NCBI RefSeq assembly: GCF_018143015.1
Contig: NC_054742.1
Span: forward strand, 15,990,441-16,054,440
Direction of reading: 5' to 3'
Length of the DNA: 64,000 nt
Origin: Lytechinus variegatus
Taxonomy: Eukaryota
Below, piece after piece: positions 35,391-50,199 of this stretch. The notes under the pieces were generated by a model. It saw only the letters and a list, made by a program, of their open reading frames with translations. It was not told the origin of the DNA and searched no databases. Made by a program: the position numbers and the translations under genes. The first letter of the stretch is position 1. Each line of letters opens with the position of its first letter.

Positions 35391-38078
35391 GGTTACACTT
35401 CGTAATTCCGAAGCTTCGTAATTCCGAAGGTTCTTTATTCCGAAGGTTCGTAATTCCGAAACACGTAAATTGCCTATACCTCGATGTTCGTTAATCCGAA
35501 AACGAAAAGGGGTTCGTTAATCCGAACATTTGTGGCGTAATTCCGACGATTCGTTATTCCGAAGGTTCGATAATCCGAAAACGAAATAAGGTTCGTTGTT
35601 CCGAAGGTTCGTTAATCCGAAAACGAAATAAGGTTCGTTGTTCCGAAGGTTCGTTAATCCGAAAACGAAAAAAGGTTCGTTGTTCCGAAGGTTCGTTGAT
35701 CCGAAAACGAAATAAGGTTCGTTTTTCCGAAGGTTCGTTAATCCGAAAACGAAATAAGGTTCGTTTTTCCGAAGGTTCGTTAATCCGAAAACGAAATAAG
35801 GTTCGTTAATCCGAAAACAAAATAAGGTTCGTTAATCCGAAAAATGAAAACCGGGAAAGCAGAGGCAGAGGCAAGGGGAGGGGGGCGGGGGACACTTTTG
35901 CCGTTCAATTATTATGAGGATGGGAAGGCAAGGGCGGCCGAACGAATTTTCGTTGGGGGTAAAGCCAAAAAATGAAACTCATACGTCAAAATGGGCACTT
36001 TGGTGATATTTTCACCTGAAGATTATCATCTGCTTGAAGTCATTGCGTGTTTGATAGTGATTAAGTAGAGACAAACCTTTTTTGAAGTGACTTCTTATTA
36101 TGGCAAAATGTATATTTAGGCTTTATTTTTCGGGAGAGAGTATAATGAGCGAGCGGCTTGGTAAAACAAATTCAAAGGTGAAGTTGTATAACGTTTTTTG
36201 TGGTCAATTATTCTTAAAATGGCATTATTGCGAGGTGTTGCGAGTGTGAATCACAAGCTAAAACTTTAGGTTATTTCAATAAAAAATGAAAATTAGTTTT
36301 TAAAAATCCGAGCAGATTTCTGCTGTCATTAAAAAGATGTGCATCTAACTAAAGAATTAACACGAGCGCAAAACGCGAGCTTAAACATACTGACCAGAAA
36401 AGGAACCTGTTAAAGAAAGCATTTAGTGACCTTTTTAGGATGCATATTTCACCAATCGAATGAGAGTGCGAAGCGCAAGCTGAAAATTTTCAATATTCCA
36501 GCCTGAAAACTTAACTTAACTTGTATACTTTAAAAAGAGTATTTTATTTCGAAAAAACATGAAAAACGGCATATTTATTTTTGAAGAAGGAACTTTCCCA
36601 TTTTGGAAAATATTAATTCCCATGTTTTTTATTTCATTTTTGATGCCCCCTGCCTCCCTCCCGACCTGATCTAAAGGGGACATTTTAAGAACTTTTTGCA
36701 GTTAGCCATGAAGACGATGCGTGTTTTAACCAATGGCGGCGGAACGTATTTTTTTTTTTTGGGGGGGGGCAAAGCAAAAAAAAAGGGGCCAATAGGGGCA
36801 ATTTGGTGCAAAAGGATATTTTCACCATTAGATTATCATCTGTGTAAAGAGGTTGTGTGTTTTGTAGTAACTAAATTGAGCACAATTTTTTAAGTGATCA
36901 CTAAAGTTATATATTTACGTTTCATTTCTGCGAGCGTAGAGAGCAAGCGGTTTGGGGGAAAAAGTCAAATCTGAAGATGTAAAATTCACCTTTTTGGTCA
37001 ATTACTGTTAAAAGGGCATCCTTGTGAGATGTTGCGAGCGAATCACGTGCTCAAACTTTTGGAAATTTCATGTGGGCCTAGAATGATAATATTGATATAG
37101 ATATTATTTACCCAGGGAAGCCACTTCAGTTCTGAAAACTATTCTCCCAGCTATTATTATTTTTTTTACAAGAATGCTTAGAATGTCCAGTTTTCAGGTT
37201 GGAAAATCGGAAAAATTTGGCTCACGTTTCTCGCTCGCATCAAGTATTGTTTATTGAGGAACTCATTCTATTCCTGGTTACAAAAAGAAGAAGTATGAAA
37301 TGTCCAGTTTTCAGGTTGGAATATCACAAATTTTAAGCTTGCGGTTCGCGCTCTCATTATTTAGTTCGTAAGATATATATTCTATTCATGAGTCACTTAA
37401 TGCAGTCCTTAAAAGATTACTTTCTGAAGCCTGTTGCATAAAACTTTTTACCTGAGAAAACTCTAGAGGTTGCTCGCACGCTTCCAACACACTTGATCCC
37501 CTGAATCTTTAATTAAACCATTTGCTTATAGGCAGCAATTGCTCAGATCGAAATTAGCCTATGCTTGATCAGGGCGCCTATATTCTTAATGAAATACATG
37601 CTTTGGCCCCAACACACGCATGTATCATCGATCGTTATTACTATCATTGCATAATATCGTGTAATCTTGTAATGACAACATCGTTTTTGTTACCAAAATG
37701 AATTATTTTTATTTTCGGAAATACGAACCTTATTTAATTTTCGGATTAACGAACCTTATTTCGTTTTCGGATTAACGAACCTTATTTCGTTTTCGGATTA
37801 ACGAACCTTCGGAATTACGAACCTTATTTCGTTTTCGGATTAACGAACCTTCGGAATTACGAACCTTATTTTGTTTTCGGATTAACGAACCTTCGGAATT
37901 ACGAACCTTATTTCGTTTTCGGATTAACGAACCTTCGGAATTACGAACCTTATTTCGTTTTCGGATTGACGAACCTTCGGAATTACGAACCTTCGGAATT
38001 ACGAACCTTCGGAAATACGAACCTTCGGAATAACCGAACCTTCGGAATTACGAAGCTTCGGAATTACGAATGTATGCG
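35391..38078. mobile_element. Foldback-type element (copy 2, in duplicate unit 2); same 9-bp TSD AGTTCGGAC at 35382-35390 and 38079-38087; lacks the 363-bp internal segment present in copy 1.
   Basis: Same arm arrays at 35391-35830 and 37720-38078, and the same ends. Confidence 0.8.
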
Positions 38079-39418
38079 AGTTCGGACTGGGGTAAGTTGA
38101 GCCAAACAGCATGGGGCAAGTTGAGCCATGGTAATTCCTATGGTAATGTATCTTAAAAAACAAACAAACCATAAAAATCGATTGAAATGCTGGCTGAAAG
38201 GAGCAAATTTACATGACTGTTCTTTTCCTTTTAAAGGATGTTAGTATTTATAGAGAATTAGCAAGTGAAAAGACTTAATACCAAAAATTGACATGCTGGT
38301 TCTCCCCTCATACATTTTGTACATAGTTTTTGTGGCTCAACTTACCCCAGAAGGTGGCTCAAACTTACCCCATATATGGGGCAAGTTGTGCCATTTGACA
38401 TCGTTTTTTTCAAAGGTCACGATGACTTTAAGTGTGGGGATAGAAAGTTATATATAGGTGGAAAATATTTCAGAAGAATTAAATTTCAAGGCAAGGTACT
38501 TATTTCGACAAGATTATTAATCATATCAATTCTAACATGCAAAAAGCAAAAACTGTCACAACTTACCCCGCCTTCCCCTATCTATTGTAGCTTTTAATGA
38601 AATTGTCAGTCTTCGATTTTTTCTGTCTGTTTTGTCATCTTATTTCTATCATTATTTTCTGTTCATCATTTCTCCTCTCCGTATTATACCCATGCTGTGT
38701 GTTTTTCGTTTATACACACTTAAAATATTGGGCAACATGCTGTCCAATGTGTAGGTTAATACATGTTGGTAAAAAATATATATTTGGGCAATTATTATCC
38801 AATTCAGCAAATTAATAACCCAATTATTAGTTTTTATTACCCATCTTGGGCAGATTTTAAACAATAGTTATGTGGACAGCATGTTGTCCAGGGATGGTTA
38901 AAAGTTGGGTGGTTTTTTTTTGCCAACTTTTTAAGAGTGAATTTATGTTTCTGTTTGAGACTCCCTCTTCATCTCTGCTCGCCAACCCCTCGATCCCCCT
39001 TCTCTTTCTATCTCTCTCTTCTATCTATCTTTCTTGAATCTCTATTCCCCTCATTCCTCTTCCCTTTTCAATCTGTCCTGAATGTATCTTCCAATATAGG
39101 AAAGAATCATTATTAGTGGAACATGAGCTATAAGTAGAATCCATTGCTCTGTGCATGCCTCTCCCTTTTAACGATGCAAAGTAAATTTAATGTTTTGACG
39201 TCACAGTGATGATTTTCAAGTCCTTTTCGAAACATGGTATAATCTTCTGATATTACAGTAATACATAACATATAAAATGAAGGTTGTAATATTAACGTGA
39301 TTGGAACGTGGGTAGATGATTGGGTAGAACTATACACAATAATGTGGTTTGGAATGGGAAGCCGACTAAAAACAAAAATTACTATCAATATTGATCCCAA
39401 TTTACATTCTTGCTTAAG

Positions 39419-40329
39419 GCGCTGTCACACCTTGACGTTTTAGACTGCGTATGCCCGACGTATGAGGAATTTGGCGAATACGCTGGCGAACGTCGAATAC
39501 GTTACGGGTAAGTTTTGCATACGTTAAGAGTACGCTAAAACACGCTGGTATACGTCGTCATACGGCGAGGTCGTCGAAAAATTTTGTGCAAGCACAAAAT
39601 TTTTCGACGTATGCCAGCGTATGGCTCATACGTCCCGCATAAGCGGGCCATAAGTTGTAGGCAAGTTACGCGATCGTTGATACACGTTGACACACGTTAC
39701 TCGTAAGTTACTCATAAGTCGATGTACGTCGAGATAATGTCCAGCGTACCCTAAAACTTACTTCTAACCTATGAGTAACGTGCTTTGAACGTATGTGTAA
39801 CTTAACTCCAACGTATATTGACGTATGAAGACGTGCTCCGGACGACCAAAAAACTTACTGAACATGTTTATAACTTACAGCTACCGTATAAAGGCGTATT
39901 GACAACGTTTATAGGGATTGGTATACAAAGGTGGGGTTCACAGGAGTTTTCTTCGGCATGGCGGTGGTGTTGATACGGTGATGTATCGTGCGGTTATGAT
40001 TTGAATAGTCGAGGGCAGCCTTTTTATAGGCTACGACACGTGTTCGTCAGCGATACGCTGCCGCGCTATGCGTAAGTTAGGCTATCGTAGGGCATAAGTT
40101 GTGTACGCTAGCAATACGCTAAGCATTCGTTGGAATACGTTACTTATAAGTTAACGAAGCGTTCGATATAAGTTACTGATACGTTATGTATACGTCCAAC
40201 TCGTTATGAATACGCTAAGTATACGCCCAGAGTTGAAAAAAAAATCAAAGTTCAGCGTATGCCGACGTTTTAGAGAAATTTTGATACGTCGGGCATACGC
40301 TGTCTAAAACGCCAAGGTGTGACACCACC
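39419..40329. mobile_element. Second copy (in duplicate unit 2) of the TTAA-flanked 40-bp-TIR element; TTAA at 39415-39418 and 40330-40333.
   Basis: Same sequence as 30055-30966 with a few substitutions (for example 'accttgacg' versus 'accttggcg'). Confidence 0.65.
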
Positions 40330-42550
40330 TTAACTAATATAGCTTTGGTATCACATCTTTATTTGCCTCTCTTTGAATATTGAATTTTTGTAACAATGCA
40401 TGTATATAGTACTAAATTACAATATGGACCAATGCCTATCATTTTTGCTATTATCTCATCGACCAAGCATCTCACCTTTTAATTCTCTTCGTTGATTTAT
40501 ATTCTTGGGAAATTTTTATCACTTACTGCTATTTTTTTACAAGGTTAAAACCAGCTTTGCGTCCATACTTTCCTCCTATTTTTCTTATTCTCCTCTTGCT
40601 GTTGGCCTTTTTTCCATTTTTTTCCTTTACTTCCCCTCCTTTACCTTTTCTTTCCTTTCTGTCTCTTTCCTCCCACTCTCTTGATTTTTTTACTCTTTTC
40701 CTCATACATCCTATCTCATGCTCTCTCTTTCTTTCTCTTCCTTTCTCATTTGCTTTTTATACACATATTTACTGTTTCCCGTAATCTTGGTTTCCCCCCT
40801 CTCTCTCCCTCTCTTCTTTTTATTTCATTAATGTTGAATGTTCCCGTATTCCATGTTTATACATGTAATATAGCATTTAATGCCCGAGTTGCGTTCTGTT
40901 CGAATTACACCTTCACACTTCTTAATGTTTGTACATGCTTCATCGATCAACATGTTACTTTTTAAATTAATTTTTGTCATCGTCTTTTTCCCTGGTATAT
41001 CTTTTTAGGATTGTGTAAAATGATAATCGATTGGTTGTAATTTTTTGCTTATATTTCATCTTTATGATATTGTAATCTGCCTTTATTTATACTGTACACT
41101 GGATTTTTCAATCTTTGGACTGATTTGCCAGTTTTCTTGATTGAAACCTTACCATACAATTACTAATGCAACGCAATTAACAGAAAATTTTAATGTTGTT
41201 CCCCTAATCACATCTAATTCGAAATTTCCGCGCAAAAAGATTTATGAATCAACAGAGATTCGACTTGACAACTGCAATCGGTTAGGTTGTAAATAATATC
41301 TTACTTTGCCTGCAATCACTGAATATCATAACCTTTGCAGAATTACTTCTATTGTAGCAGTTTGCCATTCATTACGATCAATTATGACGGGTGATTAATT
41401 TGATCAATAAAAAGTGTCGTTTTAGCAGCCATATCCTAGATCGATGAATTGATAATCGCATAGGTGTATCCTGAAATTACCCGCTGAAAGCCGACGGGAA
41501 AGCCCTTTAGAGGAAATAATTAAATTGCGAATGCATGCACGAAATTCTCCAACGATACATATGTGTTATAATCATTGAAATGTCATAAATTCATGATTCA
41601 TCGTCAAAAATTGTAAAATCAAAGACCTTTTTACATTCTACAAAGGTTTTGTGTTTATTTGATCCTTGGAATAAAAATGTGTAATTGGCATGCTTCCGGG
41701 AAAGATTGCAGAAAATATTAAATTCTATTTGACATCATCGAGTTTTACCCAATCCATAATATTACCTAATACTGAGTAACCTACTCATGAGTGAGGCGTC
41801 CATAAAAAACTCAGCCAAATTTTATATCATTGTTTTCATTCATTTTTGTTTATTACTTATAAGATTAAAGGGGACTGGGATCTCCGATTTTCTGAATCAT
41901 TCAGGGTTGAACAGTTCGCCTCTTCCAATCTAAGGGAAATATTTACAAATTTAAAACAAATTCAAATAAGAAAAAAAGTATATACTTATTATGATATTTT
42001 TATTTGAAAAAAAATGTACACAGGTGTCAGTGTGTTATTTCACAATACTATTTAAATCAAAGATAAGTAGTGATTAAAAAAAATAAATGAATAATGTTTC
42101 TGAAAATGTCATAGATATTAGATGTTATACAGTATAGAGCCGCCATTTCTATAATTTAAAATATTTCTTTAACCCTATTCAGGCTGGGTCTTTTTGGCTA
42201 TGCTATACCGGCGGGTACCCCCCCCCCCACCACCACGAGCGCCACGGAAATATGCTTAGTGCTTGTGTACGACATTATTTTTCCGATATGATATATAATA
42301 ATTTTTCATGCGTAAAATAAAGGAATGTCTAATTATATGAATATGTCCCCCGAACTGACCATTTTCTATTCACAGACTGTAACATTTTGATCAAAATAAT
42401 ATAATGCACTTCAAAAAATATATATTTGTAGCACATTTTATTCTCATTTTTGTTTCTTCTTCTGTATTTCCTTGTTTTTCAACTTTTCTGGGTTTTTTAT
42501 CATGGATATTGTCAGTGACATTATTTTGATCATGAACAAAACAAAATTAA

Positions 42551-42792
42551 TGGCCCAAATTCGCAAAGGTGATTTTGAAAACCGTCGGTTGAACCAATGG
42601 TTTATGCAGATTTCCTGTTTACCGCGTATAAATGTCCAATGCTGATGCGCGCTTTTGTCACAGTGCGCCAAAATGACGCCCGTTGCCATGGTTAAGTACG
42701 CTATTTTCATTCATGAGTCAATTTAACAGGAAATCTGCATAAACCGTGAATTCAACAGAGAGTTTTCAAAACCACCTTTGTGGATTCGGGCC
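42551..42792. mobile_element. MITE-like element: ~65-bp terminal inverted repeats around a ~110-bp core.
   Basis: Left end 'tggcccaaattcgcaaaggtgattttgaaaaccgtcggttgaaccaatggtttatgcagatttcctgtt'. Right end 'aacaggaaatctgcataaaccgtgaattcaacagagagttttcaaaaccacctttgtggattcgggcca'. Confidence 0.6.
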
Positions 42793-43620
42793 AATAAGTT
42801 TATAGTAAAAATAATTATACTTTTAGAAATTTTAGAAACACAATTTGGATTCGTACATGGAATCACGATTTTTGTGCAATTTCGGGTCTGACATACACGT
42901 ACTAGATGTTGGGTAACGTCAGAACGCGAGGGTCTCAAAATTTGCGCGAGACTTGAAAGAAAAAAGCAAGTCACGGAACGACGTGCGGCACCAGCTTTCC
43001 GTGTTATTACGAAAAAAAATTGAGGGGTGGAATCCCCAACCATTTTAAGTGTTAGTGCTTCGATTTCTATAAACTTATTAAATAAAAATTCAAATTTTTG
43101 AATACGGATGGTTTATTCATTTTAAAGTCTTTGGAAATGAATTAATATAGACCTTCATGTCATTAATAATATTTGATTCCATTCAGAAGTGAAATAAGAA
43201 GAGAGGAAAACCATCAAGAAACAGCAATGTTTATATTTAAGAACAGTCGAATCCTTCTTTCTCATTTAATGGCCACGTTTCACCCATTATCTTGCCGACC
43301 CTATTCCTAGCGGGACCTGCCCAGTTTCAGCTGCGCTCTCTCCAAAAATAGGAGTATGCTTTATTTATTGACGGAAATTGTTCCTCAGCCGTAAATCGAT
43401 ATCAAATTAACGACTACAAAGGAAATAGTACCTCCCAGACAAATTCGCCAAGGGTCTGTATCTGTATTCTTCCTCACAAGATTCATAAGAAAACATTAAA
43501 TATTATGAATTTGAAAAATTGCATTCCTCGTATAGTGAAAACAATGCCGTGTGATATTGTGCAACGCTGGGTCAATGATATTATCAAACATATTTAGTTT
43601 TCTGAATTGTGTCAAAGTGT

Positions 43621-46320
43621 AATATTCGTGAGCTGTCTTCACAACCACGTCGTTTGATCTATATCAACGAACGTAGAGGGCAGCAACACACAAGCGTGTT
43701 GCTCTAAGGAAGGTCAACTCCGCTCGAATTTTGTGACCACTCTAAAAAATAAGGGGGACTTTTCGGAAATTTGTCGAGTTGATTTTTTTTCATTTGTTAA
43801 TTTCAAAAATTTTTTAATGAACAATTATTAGATCGGTTATTCTGGGTAGAAATATTAAAAATATTAATTTTAATTTTAAAGAAATTATTTAGCTTAAATA
43901 ATCATGATTTTGACATTTTTCTCATTTTGGAATATTAAGTCTATGACGAGGATCCCTCTTATCTCTTATTTTCCTCTGCTGAATTTCGCTGCACCACTAA
44001 TAAATGCATAGACAACCACCGTAATAATCGAGGTCATTTTTCTGGCCTGGGTGCGCCGAGTCTGGGCCGGTCGCGTAGCTAACTAGTGACGTTGATGATG
44101 CGCTGGGGCTTCAGTCGACTCGTCATAGATCTTCTAGCAACATAGACAATGACATCTAATTTGCCTGGTCTGATTTGAAGTGCAATTGCTTCAGGGCTGA
44201 TGTTTATCAACGATGATTGTTCAAGGTCAGATTTCAAATTTTAAATTGCATTTGACTTTTAAGTCTATAAATCTTAATACAAGAAGGTGCATCCCCGAAA
44301 TCCGGGTCTAATTTCAACTTCGAGTCCGAGACTATGGACGGCGAAAAAAAACACCCATGCAACGGATGCATTGCATTGGCTGCGCTGCAGCTGAGCTGCA
44401 CAGCCATGCAGGCGCTGCGTCGCGTCGAAGGTCGATAATCATTGAGCAACCAAACTTCCAAAGCCAAATTAAAGCTTGAATAAACGGCCACCTATTCACA
44501 TTTTCCCTGGTTTTGTTCAATAATTTCTAAGAAAATCAGCCAATTGAGGGAAATTAATTACAATGTTACATCGTTTGCATAGTGCCATCATCGACATTCG
44601 TTTTGCGTTAGAAACCTTAGACTAGTTATAACTTATAGATCTAGGCCTAGACTAGAAATGGGGGCTAGATAGATAGATTAGACCATCTTAATTTCTGATT
44701 TTGGGTAGAAAGTAGACTTGATAGACAGCATCCATATCTTAATTTGACCATTGATTCTGTGCAATCAATGTTTAAAGACTTTTACATAATTTGTTTGCCA
44801 TATTGCAATTGGTAAATTTTCCTGGGCCTGCATGGCCTGGGCTTGGCTGGCAGAACGCGTTTTTTTTTTGGAGAAATTTCGAAAGTGAAAGAGCAAAGTG
44901 ACTGAGCTCGTCGTGATTTTATTTTTATGCATTTTCTGACTGAATTTTAAAGATTTCATGCCTAACGCTAAGGCCTAACGGTAACTTGTCAACCATATAA
45001 TCTTCTAGTTCTAGATCTAGACTTTACCCTGTATGTAGGCATTTAACGGACTAAAAAATCATAACCTCCTAGCGGCTAGCCCATGCAGGCTGGCCTTAAT
45101 TGAACCAAACTTAGCTTGCATGGACCAACCCTCAAATGGTCTAGATTTAGGCGTCCTATACTATAAAGACAATGTGGAATTCGTCTGTTTTGAGTTGATT
45201 ATTATTTTAGTATTTTTTATTATTCCATAGACTCATACCAACTCATACCAACAAGACGTGCTGGATCTATATATATTCTAGATCTACTTAGATATCCAGT
45301 GTGGAACAACATCTTCAACAAACAGATCGAGACTGGTCAAAGCATTTGTCTAGTACAGTCTAGTTAGACAAATAAAGTTTTCTAGATCTTTAGACTTGGG
45401 TCTATCGATCAACTAGACAGGAATAACCGTCGTTTCTGGGGATTTATTCAACAATTTCTGACATTTTACTATAATCTCCATCGGTGAGTGAGCCAGCGCA
45501 GTTCAGCAGAGCAACCAAAATACAGAGACTGAAGCTTTTGGTCTATCGATCAACATGATCAAGATCTAGGTTAGATGTAGACTTCACTTATTACTGATTG
45601 GAATGTATTTCTAAATTTATAAGTTTTGGGGAAAATGGTGAAAAGAAATGATAACATACTACTGATAGATACGTGAATTATTTTTTTTCATACCCATTGG
45701 CATTGCTGCCTGCTCTAATAAATAAATAAATAAATGAGTCACGGCCTATATGGACTGCAGATAAATGCTGATCGACGCCTAGCAGAACAAGTACCAGTGC
45801 TAGACTAGGGGGTTGAAATCTAAGCAGACGACGGAGCATAATGTAGCTTAACCATAGAATGATGATGGGTTCAGCGAAGAGCCCAGAGAAAATAAGGGGG
45901 ACATATTCAATCCCGAAATGCTTTGCGAGTGGTCACAAAATCGTCTCGGCGCAAATCACCTAATTCAGCCGTCTGGTGAAATCGCTGATAACAACAATCA
46001 CCGATTTGGTAATGATTTTAGTTTCCTGAAACTTGCATTTGTAAAGTTTTAAATATCAAAGTATGTTTTCATATTTATGTATATTCCTCAACATATTTTT
46101 TAATGTTATTTTTGATATCGTTGTAGTCATATTCTTTCATATTCGTTTCTTGATCACTACTAATTTGTTGTTGTATTGGATCGGCATTTGATTTCGTTGT
46201 CATGAACAATAAAATATGCGCGCAGCTCAGTTGCATGCGCGTATCGAGTTGACCTTCCTTAGAGCAACACGCTTGTGTGTTGCTGCCCTCTACGTTCGTT
46301 GATCTATATTATCTTTCCGC
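43621..46320. repeat. ~2.7-kb unit bounded by long, imperfect inverted repeats (left 43621-43760; right 45891-45960 plus 46245-46320); candidate non-autonomous DNA transposon.
   Basis: 43660-43730 'gatctatatcaacgaacgtagagggcagcaacacacaagcgtgttgctctaaggaaggtcaactc' is the reverse complement of 46245-46310. 43716-43752 '..ttttgtgaccactctaaaaaataagggggac' is the reverse complement of 45890-45950. Confidence 0.5.
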
Positions 46321-49300
46321 ATGGAGCCTCACTTAAACGATCTCAGCGGGACGAGTAGAAAGGGCAAATTTGTTAATTTGTTTGCGGGTAAAAATGATTC
46401 AACCTCCCTAGGAGTTATATTTGGGCATCTAAATTGAAATATGAGAATTCATTTTAAGGTTATCATTTGATCTTTACTGGACGGTGATGAAAGACTTCTT
46501 TTCGAAATATAAAATTAAAATCAAGAGATAAATGTGGTAATGAAAGTTGCTAAATTTTCTTCTTGAGGCAGCATATCGAGCCGACTATCATATTTTTATT
46601 TAACAAGTGCTTGATTTATCAAGAATTCTCCTCATTATCCTACCCACTCATACAAATACACACCCACATACGCGCACACACACCCATACTCAGGAATAAA
46701 GAAAATTGGATTCTCTTACGGTGTGCTTCAATATGTTTTTTCTTAAGATAACTTATCGAAAATTAACATATTTACTGAGTTACACAAATAAAACTTGTCA
46801 CCAAAATAGATGAAATGCATTCTTTAATATACAATTTCGTCGTTACTTCACGGGCAGTAATGACCTTCCATTTCTATCTTTTATAGGCAAATTTAAAAGC
46901 AAGATAGTATGTGAGCATGTCTTACATATATGTAAGACATGCTAGCAGGATGAAGAAATCGAATAGACCTAGAAAAGCACACCAATAAGCTCTCTATGGA
47001 GGTATTTATTGCATTTCTACTTTGAATGCATATGCATGTTGTTATAACAATGTACTTTGCCAATTTCCAGTCGCTAGTAGAAGTATTGTTTTTTTGTGGA
47101 TCTAATGAAAAACACAATTCAAAAGAATAAATTAATAATCAAGACATCAAAGTTGGTGCTAATTATCTCAATAGATATTAAACCAACATATCACTTTAGT
47201 ACCGATGACCTTCTTCTGATCATGCGCAAAATGGAACTACGAAATGGCTATACAAATAAACATATTATTATTATTGTTATTATTATAACTACGAAATGGC
47301 TTATAGAGGTACATCTTCTTGTAATTTTCTTATATATTGGTTCATCTCGCTGTCCTTAGATGATAATCAGAATCACGTATGTGGAATGGGAAGGAAGGGG
47401 TGTTAGACCGTGAGGCGGTTTGTTTGAATTAATTGAGAATAAACAGAATATTTAAATCAAAATCCTATGAAAGAATATGTTATGTTATAAAATAAGGAAT
47501 CTTGCATTGCTTTATTGTATGCAAATCAGTGATGCATTTTATTCATGAAATGTGAAATATTCCATTATCGATAGATAAACATAAAAAATCTCTCCGCCGT
47601 TCTCTCTCTAGCTAACTTGCATAAAAATAGATTACTGTAACGCTGAGCTTACCCTATCCTAGAGACAAATAAAATCAGTGCTTCAAGTATGAAGTGTAAA
47701 CGCAGTAAGAAAATGAAATTTAAGAAGTGAGTTATTTGCATTATCATCGCATTCATTTGGAAACTTGGTCATTTTTCTATTTTGTTTAGGATTTGGATAT
47801 AACTTTCAATAAATTTTGTTTAAACTACTTTATTATTCCAAATCAGATTCGACGGTAGAGTATCTGTTTTCGGGTCTTTGATAGGATTGAAATTTATCCA
47901 CATTGTGGTGCACTCAACCCAGGTGAGGTGAATGGGTACCTGGCAGGAATTTATTCCTTGAAATGCGTGTGCGCTGTAATCATAGTAATTACGGCAGCCA
48001 AGCTACAGCTGGGGTAATAATATCCCAGTTCTTTGGAAGCGCATAGAAAAATTATTCATAATTGTGATATGCGCTATACAAGAACTGTTTATTATTATTA
48101 TTATTATTATTGCTGGAAACATTTGACCGTGACCCTCGTCAGCTTATACAATTAAAATCTATATAATTCTGAAGAAAAAAAAACACACTCAATTATAACA
48201 AATATTATTTTGAGCTACTAAAGAAAACAGACCAAGATCCCCTCCCCCATTTCCCTGAAGAACAGTTCATGATTGTTTTGCAGACATAAAATGTTTTTAT
48301 AATGGGCAGAGATAGTACATGAAAAGACCTTTCGATATCTTTTTCCAAAGCTTCTGTCATGCTGAAGCAAATAACCATGTGATACATTATTTGTAATTTG
48401 GCATAATGATTATGTATATTGTATGCATCGTGAAATGAAAGAATGATTGAGATGTCTCATTTACTTCAGAGGAGCAGGTGGGTATGAAATCAAGCAGAAA
48501 ATGTGTGCATATAGTCTCCCAAGATTAATATTTGTTTTTTGTTGACAAAATATGGTTCTAGGCATGTGCATGCTTTTTTGTTTGTCCTTCCCTGAATTGA
48601 AATTCCTACAAGTATTGCTTGCGAGATATCCAACAATATTGATCAGTCTAGATACAATAGCAGAATGAAATTTGTGGTAAAATGTGAATAATCAGGAAAG
48701 AAGTTCTGCTCTCTTCCACATCTAAGTGCAACTTAAGTGCTGCAATATTAATTCCAAGTTTTTAAAGATATGTTAATAAATAAGGTATGTTTATTGATTG
48801 TGATGTTCAGAACACAAGACGAAGTTTGCTGACGTTGGATTCTCTGCAATAAAAACATGGCATCAGTAGATTTTTTTTTGTTATTTCTTATCAATCACAT
48901 AGACGTTTTCATTACGAATCACTTAACATTCTCGATCTTTTTTTTAATTCCTTTTGAACAGTAATGGCCAGCTAATTACATTCTTGTTTTCACATGTCAC
49001 GTGATTCCTGTAGACCGTCCATCATTCCACAAACACATCCTTCATCTTCACCCATGATGCATTGCGATCCCCACAAGTTATTTCATACTTGACTGGTGAT
49101 AGAATCAAATTCGGCTCAAAACCGCCACTTTTTTCAATCAAAGGCCCTCGAGGGATGGAGGCAGTTGAAGCGAAGCGAAAGGGTCATAAAGAGACTCACC
49201 CCATACACACCCACACCCTCACAAACGCTTTTAATCCTGAATACGAGCGCACACACATCCAAATTGTTTTATATTGACAAGATTCAGGTTTATGCTTGCT

Positions 49301-50199
49301 CTATTTCATGTCATAGATATAAATAGTAAACATTGCTTGAATTTGTGGCATTTCATTTGCATTGTATCAATCTAAAATAAATTTCTCGAAAAAATTGCTT
49401 ATTTGACAATTTAGAATTATTTAGGCGCATGAATGTTGCTAAATGAACATTAACATGTCAAATTCATCGTCATCAACACAAATATTTTTTTAGACTCGTG
49501 ATGTTTAAATTATACAAATTTAAGTACATTCTTCTGTAAGAAATGTATCGTTAATTTGTAAATTTCACTCAGTTAAAAGCTACATGACAAATTAAAGACG
49601 CATCAATGAAAATCGAAATGAAATGTTAGGAATGTTCAGTGAACATTAAAAACGAATGATCAGCATCATCGTTTAATTGAAGCGCTCTTACATTAATGCG
49701 TACGACTGATTTTGATTTGTCATATACCATTTCGAAGGTACTTTTAGAGGTCAATGATTATCACTCCCATTATGTTGCAAGTCAGTAGACTAGAAATTTT
49801 CCTGTATGGAATGAAGATAAAATTTGGAGAAAATTTATTTCATAAAACATTACTAGACCCCATCCACTAATGAATGTCTGCTCCGAATAAATAATGAAAA
49901 ACAAAAGACCTTTAACCATCGCCATACATGAAAGTGCAAACTGAAGGGGATCGTTGTATTCTATTCTTCATATTCCTTTCTTTTATATGGCCAACGCTGG
50001 GTGCTGTTTCATAAAATTTTGATGATTTCACGTAATCCATGGTTCTTTTTAATTTATTTTAAGACATCCAAAAATTTTTGTTCATATCAATTTCTCTGTA
50101 GGCAATAAATCCATAACAGAAGTGATCGCAATTTCTTGATATCATCTATTTAGCTAAAGAATCTCGGGTTCTGAAACTGATCTACAAATCTAAACTTAC

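Larger units (their letters stand above)
31680..41040. repeat. Copy 2 (~9360 bp) of the tandem duplication; shorter than copy 1 mainly because it lacks the ~363-bp segment 27737-28099.
   Basis: Identical junction 'gttgtaatt|ggtgacaagg' at 31679/31680. The unit ends at '...gattggttgtaatt' followed by unique sequence 'ttttgcttatatttcatc' (41041). Confidence 0.9.
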
